DNA from: Candidatus Bathyarchaeota archaeon
GTDB lineage: Archaea; Thermoproteota; Bathyarchaeia; TCS64
Assembly (NCBI GenBank): GCA_043826455.1
Contig: JBDRQD010000015.1
Span: forward strand, 160,001 to 224,000
DNA length: 64,000 bases
Reading direction: 5' to 3'
Shown here: one piece after another, positions 29,198 to 39,011 of the stretch
Layout: every line of letters starts with the position of its first letter
Position numbering within the stretch: position 1 is the stretch's first letter
The notes under the pieces: model-generated
Told to the model about the DNA's origin: nothing
Database searches by the model: none
Seen by the model: the letters and a program-made list of their open reading frames with translations, nothing else
Made by a program: the position numbers and the translations under genes

Positions 29198-32092
29198 TCA
29201 TCTAGTGTGGCCTTTAGCCTGGCCCAGGTCCACCGTCCACTGGATCATCAGCTTCCTCATGAAAACGGCGGTGGCCTCCACAGCCTCAGGGGTGCCCTTG
29301 GACTCCAGGACCGCGCCGTGGGTACCATCGCCGCCTGCGGCCTCCACTCTGAGCCTGTTGTAGCTAGTCTTCGCCCCAATGTTAGAGGGAGCTTCCCTGA
29401 AGGTGAAGGAGACATCAAGGGCGCCGTTTTCAGACTTGGAGGTCTTAACCGCATAAATGAAGGGGGATGCTTCTCTGTAGTTGTACCTGGCCAGAGCCTC
29501 CACCATGTAGCTGTGGAAGCCCTCCGCCTCCCCCGCCTTTATCTTGGTGGGCAGCGGCACCGTCCAGACATCCCCCGTGGAGGCGGCGCCCGTGAGCTTC
29601 CAGTTTCTGGTGAATGAGGGCGTTATCAGGGTGGTGTTCCTCAGAGCTAGGAGGGTGCCCGCCACCACTGCGGCCACGGCTACTCCTATGGAGGCCAGCA
29701 CCCAGACGGCTGAGACCTTCTGGTTTACTACTGGTGCCTCGACCAGGGCCCTCATGGTGGGGTACCAGCCCAAGCCCAGGAGGTAGCCCAGGCCCCCCGC
29801 GGTGACGCCCGTTATGAGGGCCTCACCCATGAAGACCCCGGATATGTGGGTGGGGTTCAGCCCCACGCTTGACAGGATGTTGATCTCGGCCCGCCTCTCA
29901 TACATACTGCCCATCATAGTTGCCAGGACGTTGAGCACCACTATGAGCCAGGGCACCGAGACGCCTATGCCTTTACCGGCCACGGTGTCTGTCATGGTGG
30001 CCCTGAGGACAGCTCCACCGGTGCTCACCCAGACCCTGTACTCGCGGGCCAAAGCCATGGATTTCCCCAGTACAACGTCGTCGACGCCCTCCTCCAGGAG
30101 GACGCTCACCCTTGAGGCCCTGACTCCTCTGATCCTCTGGGCAGTCTGGAGCGTCGTCACCACCACCTGGTATGGCTCCACTGAGCGGACCTCGATGCGG
30201 GGCATGTCGTCCCCAGGGTTGGTTATCACCTGGTGGCCCGGCAGCACCGTCTCACCGTCCATGTCGGTGACGTCCCGGATGCGGTTATCGAAGGCCCCCA
30301 CTATTGTCATGGGTACGCCCCCCACCGTGAGGGTGTCCCCCAGCCCCAACCTAGTGTACAGCAGCACCGACGTGTGAACAAGGCAGGCGCCATCATCCTT
30401 CAGCGGGGTCCCCTCCACGACGCACTCGTCCACGTGAGGCATTATGGGCTCCCCCTGGACGTCCAGGCCGATGACGCCCTGGAGCTCGTAGCCGTCCACC
30501 GTGGCCATGGGCCTCACCTGGGGCGTGTTCTCGGCCTTCAACACAGCCGATGTCACCCCCTCGTAGCTGGACACCCAGTCCACTGCTGGCTGGATCACCG
30601 TGTAGAACTGGCCCTTCTCGAACTCCGTCTTGGGTACGAACTCGTTCATCCGTACAAGGATGCCGCTCGCGTCGGGGGTCGCGTTGGGGACCCACTGGGA
30701 GACCAGGCCGTACCCTGAGGATAGGGAGGTGAGGGCCACGAAGCTCATGGTCAGGAGCATTATGGGGAGGAAGGTGAAGGCGAACCTGAGCTTCCTTCTC
30801 CGCAGGTTCCTCTTAGCGAAGCTGAACATGGACACCCACTCCCCCACCCGCAGCGAGAACCACCCCGAGCCTCCACCCACGAACCTTGTCACCACGAAGG
30901 GGGCAGCGAACAGTGAGATGGACACCAGGGAGACCGCGGTGAACTCCTCCAACGGGATCAGCGCGCTGCCGGGGTAAACCCTGTAGAGGTAGGCCACCAT
31001 CAAAGCGAAGGAGGCAGCCGATACAGCCAACGATACGCCCCTGCGCTCGGTGACGAAGCCCCCGAGGACCACCGCCGTCAGAGCAACGAACACTATCAGG
31101 GCCTTCACCGAGATGGAGGCCTCAGTGATCAGGGAGCCCAGACGCTCGTTGAGCACGGCCAGCCCTATGTAGGCGCTGCTGAGGTCTACGTAGCTGGCCT
31201 CGTACTCGTCTGCTGCGTGCCTCGCCATGGCTCCGCTCAGCTGGTTCGAGGCCTCCTTCAGGTCGAAGCGCTCAGCCGTCACGTAGAAGCCCTCCGCCTC
31301 CAGCTCGGTTAGACCGCTGCCCGTCTGGTTGAGGCTCACACGCATCTCCTGGATGTCCTTGGCTAGGCTGTACTTCCTGTAGTCCAGCTTCAGGACCTGG
31401 CCCTCAACCAGCGTGAAGGGGTCTTCTTCTCTTATGGTGAAGCTCAGGGTTTTCTCAGGCTGCTGCCCGTAGGGGGCTCCGAATCCCCAGAACCTTGTGG
31501 TCCTTGGGGGGATCTCGGTCTGGGACCTGAACTCCAGCACCAGGGGCATTCCAAGGGGCAGTATGAGGGTGTCCGGGTTGAGGCCGAGGTCGCCGCTGAC
31601 GGCTTGGCTGGCTGAGCCGTAGATGAGGGTCAGGTTACCCGCCTTGAGCTGGGCCCCTGTGGCCGGGTCCAGGGCCTTCACAGTGTAGAGCCTTATGGTG
31701 CGGGTGGTCTCCACGGGCTTGATCTGCCCGGCCATCACCACGGTGGCCGCGGGGGGCAGGGTGAAGTTGGTCCTCCTTTCTCCATCGGTGCTGATCTCTT
31801 TCAGCTGGGGTAGGTGGCTGTAGGCCCCTGTCTCGGGGTCTCCGTGTACCGCGTAGATGCTAGCCTTGTCCCGTGTGGGCTCGAAGGTCAGCTGGTAATA
31901 ACCATCCGTGTCCGTGGCTGCCTCATGTGTTCTGGTTCCGTCACGAACCAATATACGGGCGCCCACAAGGGGCCCGCCCTGTTCGTCCTTAACGTAACCG
32001 CTGAGAGTGAACTGCGAGGCTTTGACGTGGGCCGGCGTCCACAGCATGGCTGTGAGTATAAGCAATGCGAACCATGCAGCCTGCGGAGTCAT
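29198..32092 (-). CDS. FtsX/MacB-like permease with N-terminal carboxypeptidase-regulatory-like domain
   Basis: Signal peptide, LSGYVKDEQGGPLVGARI; AKRNLRRRKLR; SMYERRAEINILSSVGLNP...FMGEA FtsX signature. Confidence 0.8.
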   Translation of the reverse strand: MTPQAAWFALLILTAMLWTPAHVKASQFTLSGYVKDEQGGPLVGARILVRDGTRTHEAATDTDGYYQLTFEPTRDKASIYAVHGDPETGAYSHLPQLKEISTDGERRTNFTLPPAATVVMAGQIKPVETTRTIRLYTVKALDPATGAQLKAGNLTLIYGSASQAVSGDLGLNPDTLILPLGMPLVLEFRSQTEIPPRTTRFWGFGAPYGQQPEKTLSFTIREEDPFTLVEGQVLKLDYRKYSLAKDIQEMRVSLNQTGSGLTELEAEGFYVTAERFDLKEASNQLSGAMARHAADEYEASYVDLSSAYIGLAVLNERLGSLITEASISVKALIVFVALTAVVLGGFVTERRGVSLAVSAASFALMVAYLYRVYPGSALIPLEEFTAVSLVSISLFAAPFVVTRFVGGGSGWFSLRVGEWVSMFSFAKRNLRRRKLRFAFTFLPIMLLTMSFVALTSLSSGYGLVSQWVPNATPDASGILVRMNEFVPKTEFEKGQFYTVIQPAVDWVSSYEGVTSAVLKAENTPQVRPMATVDGYELQGVIGLDVQGEPIMPHVDECVVEGTPLKDDGACLVHTSVLLYTRLGLGDTLTVGGVPMTIVGAFDNRIRDVTDMDGETVLPGHQVITNPGDDMPRIEVRSVEPYQVVVTTLQTAQRIRGVRASRVSVLLEEGVDDVVLGKSMALAREYRVWVSTGGAVLRATMTDTVAGKGIGVSVPWLIVVLNVLATMMGSMYERRAEINILSSVGLNPTHISGVFMGEALITGVTAGGLGYLLGLGWYPTMRALVEAPVVNQKVSAVWVLASIGVAVAAVVAGTLLALRNTTLITPSFTRNWKLTGAASTGDVWTVPLPTKIKAGEAEGFHSYMVEALARYNYREASPFIYAVKTSKSENGALDVSFTFREAPSNIGAKTSYNRLRVEAAGGDGTHGAVLESKGTPEAVEATAVFMRKLMIQWTVDLGQAKGHTR

Positions 32093-32194
32093 GTAACTGT
32101 ATCCTCTTAACGGTATCCAACAAGTATATGATTATTCAGGTGAGGCGGGTCCCCAAGTTTTAACTCGGCGTCCAGCCCATGTACAGTGATTGTT

Positions 32195-34147
32195 ATGCCC
32201 AGGAGAGGCGTAGAGATAGAGGACCTGCGGGGATTCGTCTTCGTGTCGGACCCCCAGGTGAGCCCCGACGGGGGCAAAGTGGCCTTCGCCCACACAGCCA
32301 TCGACTATGATGGCAATGATTACGTGAAGCACATCTGGATGGCTGACGCTGAGACGGGGGAGGCTGCCCAGTTCACTGGTGGGCAGGGCAAGGACAGCAA
32401 CCCTAGGTGGAGCCCGGACGGCGCAAGGCTCCTCTTCCTGTCAAGCAACCGGGAGCCTGATAAGAAGAACCAGCTCCTCGTTATAAGCGCTGGAGGCGGC
32501 GAGGCGGTACCTGTCGCTGACATGGAGAACGGGGTAATGAACCCTGAGTGGTCGCAGGACTCCAAGAGGATACTGTTCACCAGCCGGGTCTGGGAGCCTG
32601 AGAAGCCTGAGACCGACGTGGTGGTGGTTAAACGCATATACTTCAAGCTCAACGCCGTGGGCATGTTTCCGGGCAAACGTGTCCACCTCTTCACGGTGAG
32701 GCCCGGGCAGAAGCCCAAGCAGATCACCAGGGGGGAGTTCGACGTGGGGGCCGCGTCTTGGAGCCCGGATGGCAAAGAGATCGCTTTTGTGACTAACCCT
32801 GCTGATGACGCCGACAGGACCCATGTCCGGGACATATACGTGGTGCCGTCGAAGGGCGGCGACTGGAGGAAGGTCACCGGCGGAAGGCACAGCGTCGGAG
32901 GCATCTCCTGGAGCCCCGACGGGCGCATGATCGCATACCTGGGCCACGACTTCCACGCCAGGGGAGCCACCAACACGGACACCTGGCTGGTGCCCAGAGG
33001 AGGAGGCCCACCGGAGAACCTGACCCTGGGCTTCGACAGGAGCATCGGCAGGGGCGTCGGAAGCGACCTCCGGGTGGCATCGCCAGACCCCCGCCCAATG
33101 TGGGGCCACGACAGCAGGCACCTGTACTTCATGACGGGGGACGTACCGTCGACTAACCTCTACAGGGTTGAGGTGGAAACAGGAAATGTGGAGCAGCTCA
33201 CGGAGGGCTTCAACCTTGACGGGTTCAGCTTCTCCCGGGACATGGGGGTTATGGCTTACTGCACCATGGACTCCACCCACCCCTGCGAGCTATGGGTAAA
33301 GGACGATATGGGCGCACGCCGAGCCACGTCCTTCAACGACAAGCTCCTCGAGGGCTTGGACCTGGTTAAACCTGAGCACTACACGTGGGTTAATGAGTTA
33401 GGCGACCCGGTTGACGCGTGGGTGATGAGGCCCGTGGGGTTCGAAGCATCTAAGAAGTACCCCGCCATACTGCAGATACACGGCGGGCCACTGGGCATCT
33501 ACGGCGACGGCGTCTTCCACGAGTTCCAGGTCATGGCTTCGTCAGGCTACGCAGTAATCTACACCAACCCCAGGGGCAGCGGCGGCTACGGGGAGGAGTA
33601 CGCCGCAGCCCTAAACGGACGATACGGCACCGTGGACTACAGGGACATCATGGATTTCACACGGGACGCTGTTGATCGTTTCAACTTCATAGACCCGGCC
33701 CGGCTTGGGGTGACAGGCGGAAGCTACGGCGGATACCTCACCAACTGGATAATAACCCAGACCGACACCTTCAAGGCAGCAGTAACATGCCGCAGCACAT
33801 GCAACAGGCTCAGCCACCACGGGTACAGCGACCTGGGGTTCCAGCACGGGGAGTCCGGCAACATGGGGTACCCGTGGAGGGACGAGGAGAAGCTCCTGGC
33901 CCAGAGCCCCATAAGGTACGCGGCCAACATCAAGACCCCCACCCTGCTCATCCACAGCGAGAACGACCTGCGCTGCCCCATACAGCAGGCCGAGGAGTTC
34001 TTCGTCGCCATGAAGGAGCTGGGCGTGGACACGGAGCTGGTCAGGTTCCCCGAGGAGAACCACGAGCTCAGCAGGTCCGGTAAGCCGAAGCACCGGGATG
34101 AAAGACTCAGGCACATAATGCGGTGGTTCGACAAACATCTGAAGTAG
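32195..34147 (+). CDS. S9 family peptidase, paralog 2
   Basis: IHGGP, GGSYGG, ENDLRCP, HELSRSG. Confidence 0.93.
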   Translation: MPRRGVEIEDLRGFVFVSDPQVSPDGGKVAFAHTAIDYDGNDYVKHIWMADAETGEAAQFTGGQGKDSNPRWSPDGARLLFLSSNREPDKKNQLLVISAGGGEAVPVADMENGVMNPEWSQDSKRILFTSRVWEPEKPETDVVVVKRIYFKLNAVGMFPGKRVHLFTVRPGQKPKQITRGEFDVGAASWSPDGKEIAFVTNPADDADRTHVRDIYVVPSKGGDWRKVTGGRHSVGGISWSPDGRMIAYLGHDFHARGATNTDTWLVPRGGGPPENLTLGFDRSIGRGVGSDLRVASPDPRPMWGHDSRHLYFMTGDVPSTNLYRVEVETGNVEQLTEGFNLDGFSFSRDMGVMAYCTMDSTHPCELWVKDDMGARRATSFNDKLLEGLDLVKPEHYTWVNELGDPVDAWVMRPVGFEASKKYPAILQIHGGPLGIYGDGVFHEFQVMASSGYAVIYTNPRGSGGYGEEYAAALNGRYGTVDYRDIMDFTRDAVDRFNFIDPARLGVTGGSYGGYLTNWIITQTDTFKAAVTCRSTCNRLSHHGYSDLGFQHGESGNMGYPWRDEEKLLAQSPIRYAANIKTPTLLIHSENDLRCPIQQAEEFFVAMKELGVDTELVRFPEENHELSRSGKPKHRDERLRHIMRWFDKHLK

Positions 34148-34316
34148 CTCATAAAACGCCCAGTAACCCTGAATTAGAACGTCATAGAAATGAAACTTAT
34201 CAGGATTCAGCTAAATGCAACCCGAAAAAATATCACATTCTTCCACGCAGTTGTCATCAAATATTCTACCCCTGAAACCTTTAACACTCCAAACAGCCAA
34301 CAATAATGGAAGCGCC

Positions 34317-36269
34317 ATGGCCAAACGCAGCATCAAGATAGAGGACCTGCGCAGGTTTAAGTTCTTATCAGACCCCCAGATGCGGCCCGATGGCTCGAGG
34401 ATAGCCTTCGTGGTCAGCACCATCAACCACGACGAGGACAGGTACGAGCGCCACATCTGGATGGCCGACACCGAGACCGGCGAGCTCACCCAGTTCACCG
34501 GAGGGCCGGGCAGCGACACCGGCCCCAGGTGGAGCCCCGACGGCACGAAGCTCCTCTTCCTCAGCAGGGGTCGTGAGCCCGAGAAGAAGACCCAGCTCTA
34601 CGTGATCAAAGCGTTCGGCGGCGAAGCCACCAAGGTGGCGGAGACCGAGGAAGGCGTAGGCGGCCCCCAATGGGCCCCCAACGGCCGCGACATCCTGTTC
34701 ACCAGCAAGATGTGGACCGAGAAGAAGCCCGAGGGCACCGACGTAAAGGTCATCAAACGTATCAGGTACAAGATGAACGCTGCAGGCTACTTCGAGGGAC
34801 GCAGAAACCACCTATTCACTGTCCGGGCCGGAGGCAAGCCCCGACAGGCCACAAAGGGCGAGTTCGACGCCGAGGCCGCGACGTGGAGCAGCGACTCCAA
34901 AAGCATTCTCTTCGTCACCAGCATGGCGGAGGACGCCGACACAAGCCGGGTCCGAGACATCTACAGAGTCCCAGCCAAGGGCGGCGAACCCGTCAAGGTC
35001 ACCGGCGGAGGCTACAGCATAGCCGACCTATCCATCAGCCCCGACGGAGGCACCCTGGCCTTCGTGGGCTACGACAGGCCCGAGGAGCTTGCAGCCGACT
35101 ACGATCTCTATGTAATGCCTGTTGGCGGCGGCGAGCCCCGCTGCCTAACCTCAGTGTTCAATAGGAGCCTCCTGGAGGGCGTGGGCTCCGACCTCAGGGT
35201 CTCCACCCCCAGCTCTACGCCCGTCTGGAGCGGCGACCACATATACTTCGTAACCGCGGACACCCCCCACTGCAACGTCTACAGGACCCACGTGAAGACA
35301 GGCAAAGCGGAGACCATCATAGGCTGCAGGACGGTGGACGGGTTCAGCCTCAGCGACGACGGCTCCAGGATGGCCTACATCGCCATGGATAACACCCACC
35401 CCTGCGAGTTATACATCAGAGAGAACGGCAAGGAAAAGAAGCTCAGCGGCTTCAACGACAAGCTGCTAAACGAGCTCAGCCTCGCAGAGCCGGAGCACTT
35501 CACCTTCAAGAACAGGCTGGGGCGCATGGTGGACGGCTGGGTCATCAAACCCACGGACTTCGACCCAACAAAGAAGTACCCATGCGTCCTGGAGATGCAC
35601 GGCGGCCCCAGAGGCGTCTACGGAAACGGCATATTCCAGGAGTTCCAGCTCCTCGCAGCGGAGGGCTGGGCCGTCATATACACAAACCCCCGGGGCAGCG
35701 CTGGCTACGAGGAGGAGTACACCATGGGGGTCATGCGCCACTACGGCGAAGTAGACCTCGAAGACTTCATGGGCTTCACAGACGAAGCCATCAGACGCTA
35801 CAGGTGGATAGACGAGACCCGGCTGGGCCTCACCGGCGGCAGCTACGGCGGCTACACCACCAACTGGATCATCACCCAGACGGACAGGTTCAGGGCAGCC
35901 GTCACCTTCCGCAGCATATGCAACTGGGTCAGCAAGTTCGGCGTCAGCGACATAGGCTTCATGCAGCCCGAGAGCATCAGCGGAGCCAAGACCTACTGGG
36001 GCGAGGACCTGGTGAAGCAGATGCTGCACAGCCCCCTATACTACGTGGACCGCGTCAAGACGCCCTGCCTCATAGTCCACAGCGAGGAGGACTACCGGTG
36101 CCCCATAGAGCAGGGTGAGCAGTGGTTCACGGCGCTGAAGCTCAACGGGGTCCCCACCGAGCTCGTAAGGTTCCCAGGGGAGAACCATGAGCTCAGCCGC
36201 AGTGGCAAGCCCAAGCACCGTGAGGAGAGGTTCAGGCACCTGATACGCTGGTTCAGAGAGTACCTCTAA
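34317..36269 (+). CDS. S9 family peptidase, paralog 3
   Basis: MHGGP, GGSYGG, EEDYRCP, HELSRSG; start chosen by alignment with paralogs. Confidence 0.93.
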   Translation: MAKRSIKIEDLRRFKFLSDPQMRPDGSRIAFVVSTINHDEDRYERHIWMADTETGELTQFTGGPGSDTGPRWSPDGTKLLFLSRGREPEKKTQLYVIKAFGGEATKVAETEEGVGGPQWAPNGRDILFTSKMWTEKKPEGTDVKVIKRIRYKMNAAGYFEGRRNHLFTVRAGGKPRQATKGEFDAEAATWSSDSKSILFVTSMAEDADTSRVRDIYRVPAKGGEPVKVTGGGYSIADLSISPDGGTLAFVGYDRPEELAADYDLYVMPVGGGEPRCLTSVFNRSLLEGVGSDLRVSTPSSTPVWSGDHIYFVTADTPHCNVYRTHVKTGKAETIIGCRTVDGFSLSDDGSRMAYIAMDNTHPCELYIRENGKEKKLSGFNDKLLNELSLAEPEHFTFKNRLGRMVDGWVIKPTDFDPTKKYPCVLEMHGGPRGVYGNGIFQEFQLLAAEGWAVIYTNPRGSAGYEEEYTMGVMRHYGEVDLEDFMGFTDEAIRRYRWIDETRLGLTGGSYGGYTTNWIITQTDRFRAAVTFRSICNWVSKFGVSDIGFMQPESISGAKTYWGEDLVKQMLHSPLYYVDRVKTPCLIVHSEEDYRCPIEQGEQWFTALKLNGVPTELVRFPGENHELSRSGKPKHREERFRHLIRWFREYL

Positions 36270-36316
36270 ACCCCACCCTTATTATATTAAACCACCAATA
36301 AACACCATGAAGCGCC

Positions 36317-37189
36317 ATGCCCTACTGCGCTAACTGCGGGAAAGAGGTGGCCGAGGACGACCAGTACTGCTCAAAGTGCGGCGCCGCCCTAAAACAGGGC
36401 AGCGGCGAGCTTGCCACGGAGTCCATAAGCATAGGCTACCCTGAGGCGGAGAACCCTGAGCTGGAGATAAGCGTCGCCATCGCCGGCTACATCAAGGCGG
36501 AGCCCGGCGGAGACAAGCTCATCGAGGGCACCATCGAGTACAACCTCCCCGAGTGGAGGCCTGAGATCACCCAGACCAGGGACACCGTAGCCATAAGGCA
36601 GCTGGAGCGGTACAGCTGGAGGGCCTGGGACAACCCCGTCAACGACTGGGACATAAAACTGGGCGCCGCGAAACCCTACAGGCTCAGGGTCAAGGCGGGG
36701 GTGGGACGCGGAACATGGAGCCTAGGCGGCCTCCCCCTGACAGGCCTCAACGTTGACACCGGGGTCAGCCAGAGCCAGATCAGCTTCGAAGCGCCTAACC
36801 CCCAAACCATGCAGCTATTGCGTATACAGACAGGTGTAGGAGAAACCAAGCTTACGGGGCTTCTAAACGCCAGGTTCAGGGAGATGAGGCTCAGCGGAGG
36901 AGTGGGCGAGGTCAAGATGGAGTTCTCCGGCTCCAAGCCGGAGCAGGACACCCCCGTTAAGATCGACGGAGGCGTAGGGGCGTTCGACGTGAAAATCGAC
37001 CAGGCTGTCTCAGCAGTCTTCTACGTAAGCGGCCTCACAGGGGTCACCACCAGAGACGGAGTGGTGAAGAAGCGAGGCGGCTTCGGGCGAGGCGAGTACG
37101 CCACAGAGGCGTTCGAGAGTAAGGGTGGACCCAAAATTGTATTCGACATAAGCCTAGGCGTAGGTGGCGTAACCTTATCCACCATCTGA
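36317..37189 (+). CDS. Zinc-ribbon plus toast-rack (LiaF/DUF2154-like) beta-solenoid protein
   Basis: YCANCG...YCSKCG; repeated GVG-x beta motifs. Confidence 0.7.
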   Translation: MPYCANCGKEVAEDDQYCSKCGAALKQGSGELATESISIGYPEAENPELEISVAIAGYIKAEPGGDKLIEGTIEYNLPEWRPEITQTRDTVAIRQLERYSWRAWDNPVNDWDIKLGAAKPYRLRVKAGVGRGTWSLGGLPLTGLNVDTGVSQSQISFEAPNPQTMQLLRIQTGVGETKLTGLLNARFREMRLSGGVGEVKMEFSGSKPEQDTPVKIDGGVGAFDVKIDQAVSAVFYVSGLTGVTTRDGVVKKRGGFGRGEYATEAFESKGGPKIVFDISLGVGGVTLSTI

Positions 37190-37250
37190 CAAGAGAATCA
37201 CCTTCATCGAGGCAACCCAAACCACTTTAAACCTTGCAGATAAAGGTAAC

Positions 37251-37745
37251 TTGATGTCCGGCGGCTTCAAATGCCTCACGTGCGGCTGGTGCTGCAGCCA
37301 CCTAGCCGAGGGCAGCTGGAGCGGCCTCAGCCTTTTCCCCTGGGAGACCCACCTCTTCACCGGAGACAAAGTCCTACCCCACCTGGGCTACGGAGCCAGC
37401 CCAGAGGACGACGGGTTCAGGGTCATCCTCTACAGGTACGTGGGCGCGGTCTGCGAGAAGCTGAGGGACAACCGGTGCACCATCCACGAGACCAGGCCCC
37501 TGGTCTGCCGCAGCTACCCCTTCCGGTACATGAAGAAGGGGGACACCATAGCCTTTGAGGCCGCTCCCGAGTGCCGGGCCATCGACCCGGAGGCCACCAC
37601 ATGGCCCTCCAGAAAGTTCCCCGAACTGTACGCCGCCGAGGAGATAGGGATGCAGCTGGAGCTCTTCTATAAGCGGGGAGACTCTAAATGGGTGTACGAC
37701 CCCGTCTCCAGCCACTGGATACCCTTCCACATGAGAAAGGCATAA
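37251..37745 (+). CDS. YkgJ/CxxCxxCC putative Zn/Fe-chelating protein
   Basis: FKCLTCGWCC, CTIHETRPLVCRSYPF. Confidence 0.82.
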   Translation: MMSGGFKCLTCGWCCSHLAEGSWSGLSLFPWETHLFTGDKVLPHLGYGASPEDDGFRVILYRYVGAVCEKLRDNRCTIHETRPLVCRSYPFRYMKKGDTIAFEAAPECRAIDPEATTWPSRKFPELYAAEEIGMQLELFYKRGDSKWVYDPVSSHWIPFHMRKA

Positions 37746-38300
37746 GTCACAGCGCTCATTGATCATCCTGCTCCGTCGATTACGACGCAGCCGTGCAGAC
37801 GGACCTCGCGGAGACACCACGATGATTCGGGGTTTACCCACGCACGGTACAGGCGGGGCGGGGCGCCGCGCCGCATCTCACTGCAATTTGAGAGAGCTCA
37901 GCCGAGTACGGCGACGCCGGTTCAGTGAGGCTGAAAGTTTGTTGCAGGGAACAGGCGCGGCCCCAAAAAGGGAAGAGGTTTTCGGTTAACCGTGTTTTCG
38001 GGGTCTCCAGAGCCGAAGACGAGGAGGCGTCTCACCGAGGAAAAAGCATGAAGCATGAGATGGAATTTTTTTTCCGCCTTATCCCGGCTGGCACGGGATA
38101 AGCCACCCAGGAAACTACACGCCAGCGCAGCGGCCCTAGGAATAAGGAGGGGGTAGAGCAGGTGAACCGGAAACGGCCGCCCCACACCAAAAGGAGCCAC
38201 GGAAACACGCCTTCACCATCCCATTCTATGCACTAACGGCGTCCATTCCACACAGAAACACGGCCTATTCAGCACATCAGACACGCTGCATCGGAGCCTA

Positions 38301-38325
38301 TGTGAAAAAAGGTAGGGGGGTATCA
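38301..38325 (+). repeat. 25-bp direct repeat TGTGAAAAAAGGTAGGGGGGTATCA, copy 1
   Basis: Identical to 40196-40220. Confidence 0.85.
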
Positions 38326-38450
38326 ATTATTGGAGAATTTTTTTATTATTATAAGTACAAGTGCCCGCCCCGACGAATCAGATGACCGCGACACGAGTAA
38401 CATCCAACTCCTCAAAGTAAAGTGTATAGAGGACCCCGCTTAATTGTAGA

Positions 38451-39011
38451 ATGATCGAGTTGAGCACTGCAGTCCTCGTAGTAGACCTAATCCAGGAATT
38501 CGTGACCGGACGCCTAGGCAACCCCAGGACCCAGACCGTTGTCCCCAGGGTCAAGAAGCTACTCGACGCCGCCAGAAGAAAGGGCCATAGGATCATTCAC
38601 GTGACCGACGCGCATATCCCCGGCGTGGACGCCGAGTTCGAGGTGTGGGGCAGCCACGCCGAGGCCGGGACACCCGGGGCTAAGATCGTGCCCGAGCTCA
38701 CCCCAAGGAAGGGCGAATTCCATCTCCACAAGCGCAGGTACAGCGCCTTCTACGCCACCGGCTTGGACGAGCTGCTCCGAGAGCTGGGCGTAAAGGAACT
38801 CATAGTCGCCGGAGTCCTCACCAACATCTGCATACAGCACACGGCCGCCGACGCCTTCTTCCGAGGCTACAAGGTCACCGTGCCCAGGGACTGCGTAGAC
38901 GCTTTAACGGACGAGGAGCAGGAGGACAGCCTGGCCTTCATGAAGCGCATGTACGGCGCCGAGATAACTGACTCAAAGACACTCATAGAGCGGCTGGAGG
39001 CCAAGAAATGA
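38451..39011 (+). CDS. pncA: Isochorismatase-family cysteine hydrolase, likely nicotinamidase
   Basis: VVDL, TDAH, WGSH, KRRYSAF, TNIC; coupled to pncB. Confidence 0.8.
   Translation: MIELSTAVLVVDLIQEFVTGRLGNPRTQTVVPRVKKLLDAARRKGHRIIHVTDAHIPGVDAEFEVWGSHAEAGTPGAKIVPELTPRKGEFHLHKRRYSAFYATGLDELLRELGVKELIVAGVLTNICIQHTAADAFFRGYKVTVPRDCVDALTDEEQEDSLAFMKRMYGAEITDSKTLIERLEAKK

Noticed and set aside
37750..38300. tRNA or RNase P RNA in the large gap
   Set aside because: No TTCRAATC T-loop/cloverleaf and no RNase P P4 consensus found by eye.
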